Positions 53,287 to 62,682 of a DNA stretch of 64,000 bases are shown here, in pieces. Location of the stretch: assembly GCA_963728565.1 (NCBI GenBank), contig CAVSLC010000005.1, positions 32,001 to 96,000 of the forward strand, given 5' to 3'. This DNA is from an uncultured delta proteobacterium (GTDB lineage Bacteria > Desulfobacterota > Binatia > UBA9968). Position 1 is the stretch's first letter. The number at the start of each line of letters is the position of its first letter. A program made the translations under genes and the position numbers. The notes below the pieces were generated by a model that worked only from the letters and a program-made list of their open reading frames with translations, ran no database searches and had not been told where the DNA came from.

Positions 53287-53529
53287 TCATGCGCCGGCAG
53301 GCTTCTTGACTGGCAATAGAAAGAGCAGACCCAAAGCCCATATACCAAAGATTAGCCCGCCGATGCTCCATGGCACCGTTCGCCTGCCGCTATGAGCCGC
53401 AATGACCGAACATAGAATTGCGTCCAGACTGTGAACCAGCGCTATTGTTCGGTAAAGCGAAGTGGCTTCCATATTGGGCTTGATAAAAAGAAGGCCGGAG
53501 AGATAGCCGAGGAGATAATAGAAATCCAT
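53287..53529 (-). CDS. Small membrane protein
   Basis: ~80 aa hydrophobic ORF, GRRTVPWSIGGLIFGIWAL; divergent from mtnA. Confidence 0.5.
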   Translation of the reverse strand: MDFYYLLGYLSGLLFIKPNMEATSLYRTIALVHSLDAILCSVIAAHSGRRTVPWSIGGLIFGIWALGLLFLLPVKKPAGA

Positions 53530-53538
53530 CAGTGACCC

Positions 53539-53568
53539 TTGACGCTTACTTCTTGCGCCTAATATACT
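53539..53568 (+). promoter_or_regulatory. Putative sigma-70 promoter of mtnA-gshA
   Basis: TTGACG-18 nt-TATACT. Confidence 0.45.
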
Positions 53569-53595
53569 CGGTCTTCGCAAAATTGAAATGTTATC

Positions 53596-54627
53596 ATGCG
53601 TGTAAAAACAATTGAGTGGAAAAATGATCAGGTGGTCATGCTCGATCAGCGGCTGCTGCCGCACAAAGAAATCAATCGTGTTTGCCGCGACTACAAAGAA
53701 GTAGCGGCCGCGATCAGCCAGATGGTCATTCGCGGGGCGCCCGCTATCGGTGTTGCTGCGGCAATGGGAGTCGCGCTGGGAGCCTTAAAGAGCAAAGCGA
53801 AAAATTTTGATGAAGACTTCGATGAGATCGTATCAACCCTGGCGAAAACTCGTCCGACGGCAGTCAATTTGTTTTGGGCGCTTGAACGCATGAAGAAGGT
53901 TTATCTAGAAAACCGTGACGGCGGAGTGGAAGCTGTCAAGCGGTCGCTTAAGATCGAAGCACAAAAAATCTATAAAGAGGACATCGCCGCTAACAAGAAA
54001 ATAGGCGGGTTTGGCGCCAAACTGTTGACCGATGCAAAACATGTTATGACCCACTGTAATGCCGGAGCTTTGGCGACCGCCGGCTACGGCACGGCACTGG
54101 GTGTGATCCGCGCGCTCAAAGAATCGGGCCAAAAATTCGAAGTTCTGGTCAATGAAACCCGCCCGTTTTTACAGGGCGCCAGACTTACGGCATGGGAGCT
54201 CAAGAAGGAAAAGATTGCCGCAACCTTGATTACCGACAACATGTCTGGATATCTGATGCAGACGGGGCGGGTCGATGCGGTAGTTGTCGGTTGCGATCGG
54301 ATTGCGGCCAATGGCGATGTAGCCAATAAGATCGGCACGTATACCATTGCAGTTCTGGCGCGGCGACACGGCATCCCGTTCTATGTCGCCGGACCGACTT
54401 CTTCGATCGATTTGAATTGCCCTACGGGGAAGGATATCCCGATCGAGCAGCGCGACCCCAAGGAAGTGTCGCACATGTTCGGCAGACCGCTTGCGCCTGA
54501 AGGCATGAATATCCTAAATCCCGCGTTTGATGTGACTTCACAAGAATTGATCTCAGCGATCATCACCGAGAAGGGAATCATTTATCCGCCGTATCGACAG
54601 AATATCGAAAACCATGTCAGACATTGA
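53596..54627 (+). CDS. mtnA: S-methyl-5-thioribose-1-phosphate isomerase
   Basis: LDQRLLP, IRGAPAIG, RPTAVNL, THCNAGALAT, ETRPFLQGARLT and NPAFDVT. Confidence 0.95.
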   Translation: MRVKTIEWKNDQVVMLDQRLLPHKEINRVCRDYKEVAAAISQMVIRGAPAIGVAAAMGVALGALKSKAKNFDEDFDEIVSTLAKTRPTAVNLFWALERMKKVYLENRDGGVEAVKRSLKIEAQKIYKEDIAANKKIGGFGAKLLTDAKHVMTHCNAGALATAGYGTALGVIRALKESGQKFEVLVNETRPFLQGARLTAWELKKEKIAATLITDNMSGYLMQTGRVDAVVVGCDRIAANGDVANKIGTYTIAVLARRHGIPFYVAGPTSSIDLNCPTGKDIPIEQRDPKEVSHMFGRPLAPEGMNILNPAFDVTSQELISAIITEKGIIYPPYRQNIENHVRH

Positions 54628-55957
54628 GAAAAAGGACCAGCTGGAAGAATACTTCCATGCGGCGGGCAAACCCCGCGAACGCTGGCGGGTCGGCACTGAG
54701 TACGAAAAAGTTGGCATCGATCGCAGCAGCGGCAAAGCCATTCCTTATTCTGGACCACGCGGCGTCGAGTCGATTCTGAAGAGACTGATCGACCGCTTTG
54801 GCTGGGAGCCGGAAGAACAGGATGGGCATATTATCGCGCTGAGCCGCGACAACGCGCAGATCACATTAGAGCCCGGCGGACAGATCGAGCTCAGCGGTGA
54901 ACCGTGCGACAGCATTCACTGCACCTATGCTGAATTCACTCAGCACATCCGCGAGCTGTTGGAGGTTTCGGAGCCTCTCGACGTTGTCTTCCTCGGATTG
55001 GGCATGCAACCGGTGAGCCGATTGGATGAGATCGAATGGGTGCCCAAAAAACGCTACCGGATCATGGGGCCCTATATGCCCAAAGTCGGCAGGCTAGGCC
55101 AGCGCATGATGAAGCAGACGGCGACTGTTCAAGCCAATATCGATTACCGTGACGAAAAAGATGCCATGGCAAAGTTTCGCACGGGCATGGGATTGACACC
55201 CATCTTTATTTCCATGTTCGCTAATTCGCCCATCTGCGATGGCCAGTTGAATGGCTACCGAAGTTATCGTGAGCATATCTGGACCGATACTGATAAAAGC
55301 CGATCCGGGATGCTAAAGTTCGCGTTCTCTCCGGACGTTTCTTTCGCGCACTATGTCGAATACGCGCTGGACGTACCGATGTATTTCATCGTCCGGAATA
55401 AGAACTACATCGACATGACTGGAACAACGTTTCGTCAATTCCTGGCGTACGGCTGGAATGGTGAGCGCGCGACCCTGGATGACTGGCATGATCATCTGAC
55501 GACGTTGTTCCCTGAAACCCGGATCAAGCGATATATTGAGGTGCGCTCCGCGGACAGCCAGCCGCCGGAACTGATGCCGGCCCTTTCGGCGATCGTCAAG
55601 GGTGCGTTCTACGAGTCCGACTGTTTAGATGCCGCTTGGGATCTGGTCAAGGACTGGACCTGGGATGAACGGATGCAGGTCTATCTCGATTCACATCGCG
55701 ACGCTCTAGCCGCGCGCATCAGGCGCTATTCACTCCTGGATTTGTCGAAGGAATTATTACAGATCGCCGTGGAAGGTCTGAGACGCCAGAAGATGTTCAA
55801 TGCGCTCGGAGAGGATGAGACTATCTACCTTGAACCGCTGGACAAACTCCTATCGCTGGGGAAATGTCCCGCCGATCTGCTTATTGAAAAATGGCAAGGC
55901 GAGTTGGATCAAGACATCCGGAAGTTAATTGCGTACAGCGCTTATCAACTCCCATAG
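54614..55957 (+). CDS. gshA: Glutamate--cysteine ligase (GCS2 family, plant/alphaproteobacterial type)
   Basis: GTEYEK, LEPGGQIELSG, VQANIDY, FANSP, DVPMYF, HLTTLFPE and IEVRSAD. Confidence 0.85.
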   Translation: MSDIEKKDQLEEYFHAAGKPRERWRVGTEYEKVGIDRSSGKAIPYSGPRGVESILKRLIDRFGWEPEEQDGHIIALSRDNAQITLEPGGQIELSGEPCDSIHCTYAEFTQHIRELLEVSEPLDVVFLGLGMQPVSRLDEIEWVPKKRYRIMGPYMPKVGRLGQRMMKQTATVQANIDYRDEKDAMAKFRTGMGLTPIFISMFANSPICDGQLNGYRSYREHIWTDTDKSRSGMLKFAFSPDVSFAHYVEYALDVPMYFIVRNKNYIDMTGTTFRQFLAYGWNGERATLDDWHDHLTTLFPETRIKRYIEVRSADSQPPELMPALSAIVKGAFYESDCLDAAWDLVKDWTWDERMQVYLDSHRDALAARIRRYSLLDLSKELLQIAVEGLRRQKMFNALGEDETIYLEPLDKLLSLGKCPADLLIEKWQGELDQDIRKLIAYSAYQLP

Positions 55958-57036
55958 ACTTCATCGATCAGCCTGCTGTGATTGAGTGCGAGCAGTTGCC
56001 CGACGAGTTGGTTAGCCGGCGTGCCCCGCTGCTCCCGTAAACAGCGCATTTTAAGTTTACTGATACGCGCGGAACTTTCGTTGATTCTGGCCCGTAGCTG
56101 GGTATCCCGCCGCGCTTCACGGCAAAGCAGCTCAACGATGCCGGCGGCTTTTGTAAGATCATGACAATAAAGAAGCACGTTGACTCCGGCGCGCACGGAT
56201 GAAACAGCCGCTTCCTCGGTATCGAAGTTTCCGGTAATCGCTTTCATCTCCATATCATCGCTAAACACCAGTCCTTCATAGCCGAGCTCTTGGCGTAAGA
56301 CTCCGGTGACAATTCGGCTTGAGAGGGTCGCGGGAAATTCTTGGTCAAACGCCGGAAAAACCACATGAGCGGTCATCATGGCTTCGATTCGATTTCTGCA
56401 GGCATGGAGGAAAGGCATTAATTCGACTGCGCGCAGTTCGCTCAGTGATTTCGCTACCAGGGGAAGCTTTAGGTGCGAGTCTGTGTCCGTATTGCCGTGA
56501 CCAGGGAAATGCTTGCCGCATGGGATGATGCCGCCGCTGCGCAGGCCTTCGCTCCAGGCCAGCGCCATTACCGCTACGTGATCCGGTGTTATCCCGAAAG
56601 AGCGGTCGCCAATGATTGGGTTTTCGGCATTGGAATTAACATCCAACACTGGAGCAAAATTAAGATTGACGCCGAGCAGAGTAAGTTCCGCGGCGACAGC
56701 GCGCCCAACTCTAAAGGCGAGATCGGGGCTGCCCGTTTTGCCGACCAGCGTGGCGGATGGAAAATGGGTAAAAGGCCAAGGCAGGCGATGAACTCTGCCG
56801 CCTTCTTCATCGATCGCGATAAACGGAAGATTGCAAGTAGCTGTGGCAAGCGTGCGACACAAAGAATGAATTTGCGCTGGTTCGCAGCAATTGCGGCTAA
56901 AGAGAATAAAACCGCCGAAATTTAGGGACCGGCAGATCTTCAATTCGGACGTTGTCAGCTCACAACCGCCAATACCCACCATCAGCATCTGACCAACGTT
57001 GGTCTCCAGTTTTTTCACGATCACCAACTCTACCAT
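55945..57036 (-). CDS. nagZ: Beta-N-acetylhexosaminidase (GH3)
   Basis: IDEEGGRV, NFAPVLD, KHFPGHG.T..DSH and SDDMEM. Confidence 0.93.
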   Translation of the reverse strand: MVELVIVKKLETNVGQMLMVGIGGCELTTSELKICRSLNFGGFILFSRNCCEPAQIHSLCRTLATATCNLPFIAIDEEGGRVHRLPWPFTHFPSATLVGKTGSPDLAFRVGRAVAAELTLLGVNLNFAPVLDVNSNAENPIIGDRSFGITPDHVAVMALAWSEGLRSGGIIPCGKHFPGHGNTDTDSHLKLPLVAKSLSELRAVELMPFLHACRNRIEAMMTAHVVFPAFDQEFPATLSSRIVTGVLRQELGYEGLVFSDDMEMKAITGNFDTEEAAVSSVRAGVNVLLYCHDLTKAAGIVELLCREARRDTQLRARINESSARISKLKMRCLREQRGTPANQLVGQLLALNHSRLIDEVYGS

Positions 57037-57081
57037 ACGGTGGACGATTTTTGATGGATTGTGTTATATTCGCAGACTTCC

Positions 57082-57723
57082 ATGAGCAATACCAAGTACA
57101 TTGTGGTCGAGGGACCAATCGGCGTGGGCAAGAGCAGCTTGGCCAAGATTCTCGCCAGTGAGTTTCAGGCTCGATCCCTGTTCGAGCGTATTGAAGACAA
57201 TCCGTTTTTGCCGAAATTTTATAAGGCGCGGCAAACCTACGCGTTTCAAAATCAGACCTTTTTCTTGCTCAACCGTTATCAGCAACAGATGGAGTTAAGT
57301 CAGCAGGATCTCTTTAACCAGAATATTATCGCCGACTATTTGTTTGCAAAAGATAGAATTTTCGCGACTCTGACGTTGAGCGTCGAAGAATTGAACCTGT
57401 ACCAGCAAATCTATTCTCTTTTGAATGCCCGGGTGCCTAAACCCGATCTGGTGGTCTACCTGCAGGCCCGTCCCGAAGTACTTTACAAGAGAGTTAAAAA
57501 AAGGGATAAAAAATATGAACGCGGCGTAACTTTCGAATACCTGAACGAGGTAGCTCAGGCTTATAACCAGTTTTTTTTCCATTATGACGAAACGCCACTG
57601 TTGGTGGTGAACACGTCAAAGATTGATTTCGTTGAGAGCAGCAAGGATTTGGCTGACTTGATCAAGGAAATCAACAATATGGGTTCGGGTACGCAGCACT
57701 TTATACCGCTTGGATCCAGATAA
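57082..57723 (+). CDS. Deoxynucleoside kinase (dAK/dGK)
   Basis: VEGPIGVGKS P-loop, NPFLPKFY, KDRIFA and PDLVVYL. Confidence 0.9.
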   Translation: MSNTKYIVVEGPIGVGKSSLAKILASEFQARSLFERIEDNPFLPKFYKARQTYAFQNQTFFLLNRYQQQMELSQQDLFNQNIIADYLFAKDRIFATLTLSVEELNLYQQIYSLLNARVPKPDLVVYLQARPEVLYKRVKKRDKKYERGVTFEYLNEVAQAYNQFFFHYDETPLLVVNTSKIDFVESSKDLADLIKEINNMGSGTQHFIPLGSR

Positions 57724-57830
57724 TTGGACTGAGACGGATGCCAACATTGAGTAGCGATTTGCGGAGAGCCTTCTAACAGGTTCTTCGATCCTATTGGCCT
57801 TCCGGCTTGTCTGGGGGGCTTTTTTTTTGC
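57705..57830 (+). promoter_or_regulatory. Structured panB leader with terminator; probable pan RNA motif
   Basis: GACTGAGACGG and CTTCTAACAGG blocks, then hairpin GGCCTTCCGG..CTGGGGGGCT and a T-run just before the panB RBS. Confidence 0.6.
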
Positions 57831-57844
57831 GGGAGGGTAGCCGG

Positions 57845-58648
57845 ATGGCGGAAAAGGTCACTGTGCCGGGCATTGTCAAGATGAAGCGAGAAGGAAAAAA
57901 AATTACTTCCCTTACGGCTTACGACTACTCGCTTGCGCGAATCCTCGATAATGCTGGCGTGGACGTTATATTGGTGGGGGACTCTGTCGGCAGTGTTGTT
58001 CAAGGGCAACCCAATACTTTAACGGTGACAATGGATGAGATGATTTATCATACGCGTATCGTAGCGCGGGGTTGCAAGCGCGCTCTTGTCGTCGGCGACA
58101 TGCCGTTTTTATCCTTTCAAGTTGGCAGGGAACAAGCGCTGCGCAATGCCGGACGATTCCTTCAAGAAGCTGGCGCGGAAGCAATCAAGCTTGAAGGCGG
58201 AGTAAGCATGAGCGACACCATCGCAGCCATCGTTAACGCCGGAATTCCAGTAATGGGACACGTCGGGTTGACACCCCAGTCGGTGCATCAGTTCGGCGGC
58301 TACAAGATCCAGGGTCGTGAAAAAGGACAACACGAGATCATTATGCGGGATGCTTTGGCCGTTCAAGAGGCGGGTGCCTTTGCCATTGTAGTTGAAGGAG
58401 TTCCAACGGCTCTTGCTAAGGAAATAACGGAACGTATAAGCATTCCAACGATTGGCATCGGCGCCGGTATTCACTGCGACGGACAGGTTCTAGTACTGCA
58501 TGACATGCTTGGTCTGTTCGACGATTTCACCCCCAAGTTCGTCAAGCGCTATGCCGACATCAAAGGGTCGGTGGCTGCCGCGGTAAAGGATTTCGTCGAT
58601 GAAGTTCGGGAGCGTAAATTTCCTGGTGAGGAACATTCATTCAAGTGA
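57845..58648 (+). CDS. panB: 3-methyl-2-oxobutanoate hydroxymethyltransferase
   Basis: LTAYDY, LVGDS, DMPF, KLEGG, GHVGLTPQ and IGIGAG..CDGQVLV. Confidence 0.96.
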   Translation: MAEKVTVPGIVKMKREGKKITSLTAYDYSLARILDNAGVDVILVGDSVGSVVQGQPNTLTVTMDEMIYHTRIVARGCKRALVVGDMPFLSFQVGREQALRNAGRFLQEAGAEAIKLEGGVSMSDTIAAIVNAGIPVMGHVGLTPQSVHQFGGYKIQGREKGQHEIIMRDALAVQEAGAFAIVVEGVPTALAKEITERISIPTIGIGAGIHCDGQVLVLHDMLGLFDDFTPKFVKRYADIKGSVAAAVKDFVDEVRERKFPGEEHSFK

Positions 58649-58696
58649 AGACTGACTAAGCCGTGCATGAGGGATTTCGCGACGGACCGTTATTGA

Positions 58697-59554
58697 ATGC
58701 GTATAATCCGGAACACTACAGAGATGGCCGATTGGAGCCAAGCTGAGCGGCAGCAAGGCCAGCGCATTGCTTTTGTGGCGACAATGGGCGCTCTTCATCA
58801 AGGGCACTTGAGCCTGGTGCGTGAGGCCAAGAGAAGAGGAAGTCGGATCGTGGTCTCGATTTTTGTTAATCCGACGCAGTTTGCTCCGGCTGAGGATTTC
58901 GCCGCTTATCCTCGAAACTTCGTCCGTGATCGCGGTTTGCTCGAGACAGAAGGAGTAGATGTACTCTTCCACCCGGCGGCTGAAGACATCTACCCTCCGG
59001 GCAATCAAACGCACGTTGAAGTCAAAGAGCTTAGCAATTTCTTATGCGGAGCGAGGCGGCCGGGTCACTTCCTGGGGGTCGCTACTGTTGTGACCAAGCT
59101 TTTCAATCTCGTTCGCCCGGACGCGGCTATTTTTGGAGAGAAGGATTACCAGCAACTGCAGATCATTAGACGGTTGGTGCGCGATCTGTTTTTGGACGTT
59201 GAAATTGTCGCCCATCCGATTGTGCGTGAAAGCGACGGAGTTGCCATGAGCTCGCGCAACGCATACCTTAATGCCGACGAAAGAAAGGCGGCGCGCTGTT
59301 TGTCGCGTTCGCTGGACTGGGCGGAATGCTTGGTCCGCCAGGGTGAGACTTCGGCGAAAGCCATTGCCGAAGCGATCATTGCGGAACTGCACAATGAACC
59401 GTTGGCGGTGGTCGAGTATGTTACCGTTAGCGATGTCGAAACCTTAGAACCGCTCGAGCAAATTCGACAGTCGGCGCTTCTAGCGTTGTCCGTTACCATC
59501 GGTCAAGCGCGCCTTATCGACAATAAAGTTCTGCTGCGATCTTCAGGAGAATAG
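58697..59554 (+). CDS. panC: Pantoate--beta-alanine ligase
   Basis: TMGALHQGH, SIFVNPTQF, RPGHF.GV, FGEKDYQQ, MSSRN and RLIDN. Confidence 0.96.
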   Translation: MRIIRNTTEMADWSQAERQQGQRIAFVATMGALHQGHLSLVREAKRRGSRIVVSIFVNPTQFAPAEDFAAYPRNFVRDRGLLETEGVDVLFHPAAEDIYPPGNQTHVEVKELSNFLCGARRPGHFLGVATVVTKLFNLVRPDAAIFGEKDYQQLQIIRRLVRDLFLDVEIVAHPIVRESDGVAMSSRNAYLNADERKAARCLSRSLDWAECLVRQGETSAKAIAEAIIAELHNEPLAVVEYVTVSDVETLEPLEQIRQSALLALSVTIGQARLIDNKVLLRSSGE

Positions 59555-60208
59555 GTGGGGACAGAGGTGCCAGTCAAGACTAGAGTACGGCTGCGAGAGA
59601 ACTTTCAACGTTATTTTCTCGCCGGGCTGCTGGTGTTTTTGCCGGTAGTGATCACGCTATGGTTTCTCGGATGGGTTATTGGTCTCTTAGATGGACTGCT
59701 TGATGTCTTACCGGCTGGTGTCCATCCCCAAACCTATTTGCCTTTTGCAATCCCCGGATTGGGCGCGCTGGTCACGGTGACGTTGATTTTATTTCTCGGG
59801 ATTCTTACACGAGGCGTGGCGACTCGGCGATTTCTCGCGGCCTGGGAGAATATTTTCGTAAAGATCCCGATTTTCCGTGGTGTCTATACCGCTGTCCAGA
59901 AACTTGTCCAAACGTTTTTGGGGCAATCAGAGAACTCCCGCCAGGTAGTCATGATCGAGTATCCACGCAAGGGGATCTATACTGTGGGGTTTGCTATGGG
60001 CCGAGCATGGCGTGAGCTTGAAAATAAGCAAGATGCTCAGCTTGTCAACGTCTTCGTTCCGACAACCCCTAATCCGACTTCGGGATTTTACCTTCTTGTG
60101 CCAACAGCGGAGATTTCCCCGCTCGACATGACGATGGAAGAAGCCCTTAAGCTCATAACTTCTGGCGGCTTGATTACTCCAGACGACAAGAGCAGGCGTC
60201 GTGGCTAA
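59555..60208 (+). CDS. DUF502 family membrane protein
   Basis: FLAGLLVFLP, IEYPRKG and VFVPTTPNPTSGF. Confidence 0.88.
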   Translation: MGTEVPVKTRVRLRENFQRYFLAGLLVFLPVVITLWFLGWVIGLLDGLLDVLPAGVHPQTYLPFAIPGLGALVTVTLILFLGILTRGVATRRFLAAWENIFVKIPIFRGVYTAVQKLVQTFLGQSENSRQVVMIEYPRKGIYTVGFAMGRAWRELENKQDAQLVNVFVPTTPNPTSGFYLLVPTAEISPLDMTMEEALKLITSGGLITPDDKSRRRG

Positions 60209-60680
60209 GGAAAAGGCGACGGGCGAACAGAATGTTTGTATTAACCGGCAGGCCCGGCACAACTATTTTATAGAGGAGACCTATGAGGCCGGTCTGATGT
60301 TGCTGGGCAGCGAGGTGAAGTCCCTGCGCGACGGCAAGGCGAACCTGACGGACAGTTACGCGCGCATTCAGAAGGGCGAAGCCTTCTTGGTCAATGCTCA
60401 TGTCAGCCATTACCCGGGAGCTAACCAGTTCAATCACGAGCCGACGCGGACCCGCAAGCTGCTTCTACACGCGCGCGAAATAGAGAGACTCACCGGCAAA
60501 ACGAAGGAACGAGGCTTGACGCTGGTGCCGTTGAGATTATATTTCAAGAACGGCAAGGCGAAAGTCGAACTAGGACTGGCGCGGGGCAAAAAGCTCTACG
60601 ATAAGCGCGAAACATTGCGCCGCAAAGTTGTTGAACGTGAAATTGAGCGTTCCTTAAGACAAAAAAGTAAGTCCAGATAG
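60201..60680 (+). CDS. smpB: SsrA-binding protein
   Basis: NRQARHNY, EAG..L.GSEVKSLR, RKLLLH and GKKLYDKR. Confidence 0.97.
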   Translation: MAKEKATGEQNVCINRQARHNYFIEETYEAGLMLLGSEVKSLRDGKANLTDSYARIQKGEAFLVNAHVSHYPGANQFNHEPTRTRKLLLHAREIERLTGKTKERGLTLVPLRLYFKNGKAKVELGLARGKKLYDKRETLRRKVVEREIERSLRQKSKSR

Positions 60681-60742
60681 AGAGCTGACGTTCCTGGACT
60701 GGCCCTCGCAACCGCCTGCCGAAAGCGGTAACATGATCACAT

Positions 60743-61093
60743 GGGGGCGATGTGGGTTCGACGGGGGTGGGAAGTCAAAGTGGCATGCCGGGGTACTGTT
60801 GTCCCGTTAAACAAACAGACTGCAATTTAAACGCAGATAATTTCGAATACCAACTAGCTGCCTAACCGCAGTTAGCGTCCTACCGATCTTCTCCCACGAG
60901 ATCGGATAGGATGTCATTCAGTGGGATGGGCCGATTTCTCTGCCGGAGGGGATGAGGCTGAGATCTAAACCGGATGGCCCTTCGAAATCCTGCCGTTGGG
61001 AGTTCCAAGGGTGACACTAGAACATCGGCTAAGCATGTAGTCGCGGAGATGGAAGACCTTCGGACGGGGGTTCGATTCCCCCCGCCTCCACCA
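60743..61093 (+). ncRNA. ssrA: tmRNA; tag (A)ADNFEYQLAA read at 60833-60865
   Basis: 5' GGGGGCGA..GGTTCGAC; 3' GGTTCGATTCCCCCCGCCTCCACCA; tag ORF ends LAA-stop; follows smpB. Confidence 0.96.
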
Positions 61094-61162
61094 ATCATGG
61101 TTCCAGGACCAATCGCGGGAATCAAAGCACGCTGAGCTGTTGGGGGGTATTGCGTCGGATTG

Positions 61163-61399
61163 AACCCAGATTCCGCAGTTGCGGTTGGGATAGGAAGCGC
61201 GAGGCAGAACCCTTGCGCCGCGCATTCGATGGGTTTGTGCCTTTGAGCAGTAGCGGTGCTTCGAGGGATTGTGAAAGCCCCATAGCAACGTCGTGCGAGA
61301 TTCGCAAAATAGCTTTGAGACTTCACAGCCGGACGCCTTCGCTGCTCTAGGATTCCACCTCGCTTCCGGCATTTTTGGTTCGACTGCGGAATCCGGGTT
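61163..61399. repeat. Long imperfect inverted repeat (~240 nt) downstream of tmRNA
   Basis: AACCCAGATTCCGCAGT / ACTGCGGAATCCGGGTT (16 of 17 complementary) with nested pairings continuing to a central TGCGA-gat-TCGCA hairpin. Confidence 0.65.
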
Positions 61400-61800
61400 G
61401 AAAGCCGCGGTGCCTAGAAACGGAAACCGCCCACCGGGCGATGCAGAACTGCGGGCAGGTATAGCGATATGGGGTCGCAACCGACGGGGCGGTGCGGGAC
61501 CCAAGTGGCGCTCTGCCTCCACCGACGGTCAGTTTATCCGAACATTGTGGAGTCGCTCAAGCGGAGCATGGATCGGTTGCCACCCCGCAGCCGCACCGAC
61601 AGTGCACGCACACACATCAAAGAACCTCTAAAGCCACAAGCTTAGCCGGCCTTGACCTGGCCAGACCAAGTTTCGCCGTCAGATACCTGATGAATGCGGA
61701 TCACTTCGTCACAACCTAAGTACCGTCATAGGAGAGCCAACTCGAGTGATAACGGTCTTGTCTATGCCCCTTTTTGCCGCCTAAAACAAAATGCAGCCTG

Positions 61801-62670
61801 TCATTTGTCTCTTCCGTTCACTTCACCGCCACTTCTTTCGACTAATGCGAATCTTATCTTGCATTTCACGCCAGCGAGAATCCGGTGATTTGGATTCGGT
61901 AAATTAAGCCTAACGCGAAATGTGCCGCTTGCAGGATCGACGACTCGATCGACGATTGCGACCCGCACCTCGTGGGAAGAATGTGCAGGTGCCTCAAGGC
62001 TGATTTTGGCAGGCGTTCCCACCTCGACTTTGTTTCGCAATGAAACCGGCGCAAAAACTTCGACTCGTAGAGGATCGATCTGCGCAATTTTAACTATAGG
62101 CGAGTCGTTCTTGAACTGCCCGGAAACGAACTCCCCGGCCGACAGGAAACGCTCCACGACCACTCCGGTAATGGGGCTGCGGATGATATTTCGCGACAGC
62201 GCCACGTTTGCACGCTCCAGTTCGAGACTGGCAAGGCGCTGGTTGTCCATGGCACTGACGAGAGCCATTTCGGCGAGCTGCTTTTCCGTTTGCGCCTCTT
62301 GCAAGTCTGCGAGAGCGATAAGGTCGCGTTGGTACAATTTCTCTGCCCGGGCAAGCTTCAATGAGCTATATGTCAATCTCGCTTCTCCGGATTTGATCGC
62401 CGCTTCAACCGTCGCGCGGGCGCGCGCAACGGTTACGTTGGCGCTTTCCAGGCTCGAGTCTAGCTGAGCCACGATTTGGCCTTTTTTTACGAAAGCCCCT
62501 CGGTCCACATATACTTTCTCTAAGACGCCCTCGATAGGACTGCTGAGATGCACGACTTCCTGGGGAGCGACCAAGCAATCGAGGTTTCCGTCTTTTTCTG
62601 TCGTGTCGCCGCGGCCCAGCTGGCCGGACAACCAGAACATCGCCGCAAAGATCAACGTTCTCTTACGCAT
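61801..62670 (-). CDS. RND/HlyD-type periplasmic adaptor (membrane fusion protein)
   Basis: Signal peptide; lipoyl halves SPIEGVLEKVYVDRGAFVKKGQ and IRSPITGVV; alpha-hairpin; VDPASGTFRVR. Confidence 0.88.
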   Translation of the reverse strand: MRKRTLIFAAMFWLSGQLGRGDTTEKDGNLDCLVAPQEVVHLSSPIEGVLEKVYVDRGAFVKKGQIVAQLDSSLESANVTVARARATVEAAIKSGEARLTYSSLKLARAEKLYQRDLIALADLQEAQTEKQLAEMALVSAMDNQRLASLELERANVALSRNIIRSPITGVVVERFLSAGEFVSGQFKNDSPIVKIAQIDPLRVEVFAPVSLRNKVEVGTPAKISLEAPAHSSHEVRVAIVDRVVDPASGTFRVRLNLPNPNHRILAGVKCKIRFALVERSGGEVNGRDK

Positions 62671-62682
62671 TTGTTCCTCCGG

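Noticed and set aside
60880-61522. 148-aa and 185-aa minus-strand ORFs
   Set aside because: Antisense to tmRNA and the fold-back element; no protein-like motifs
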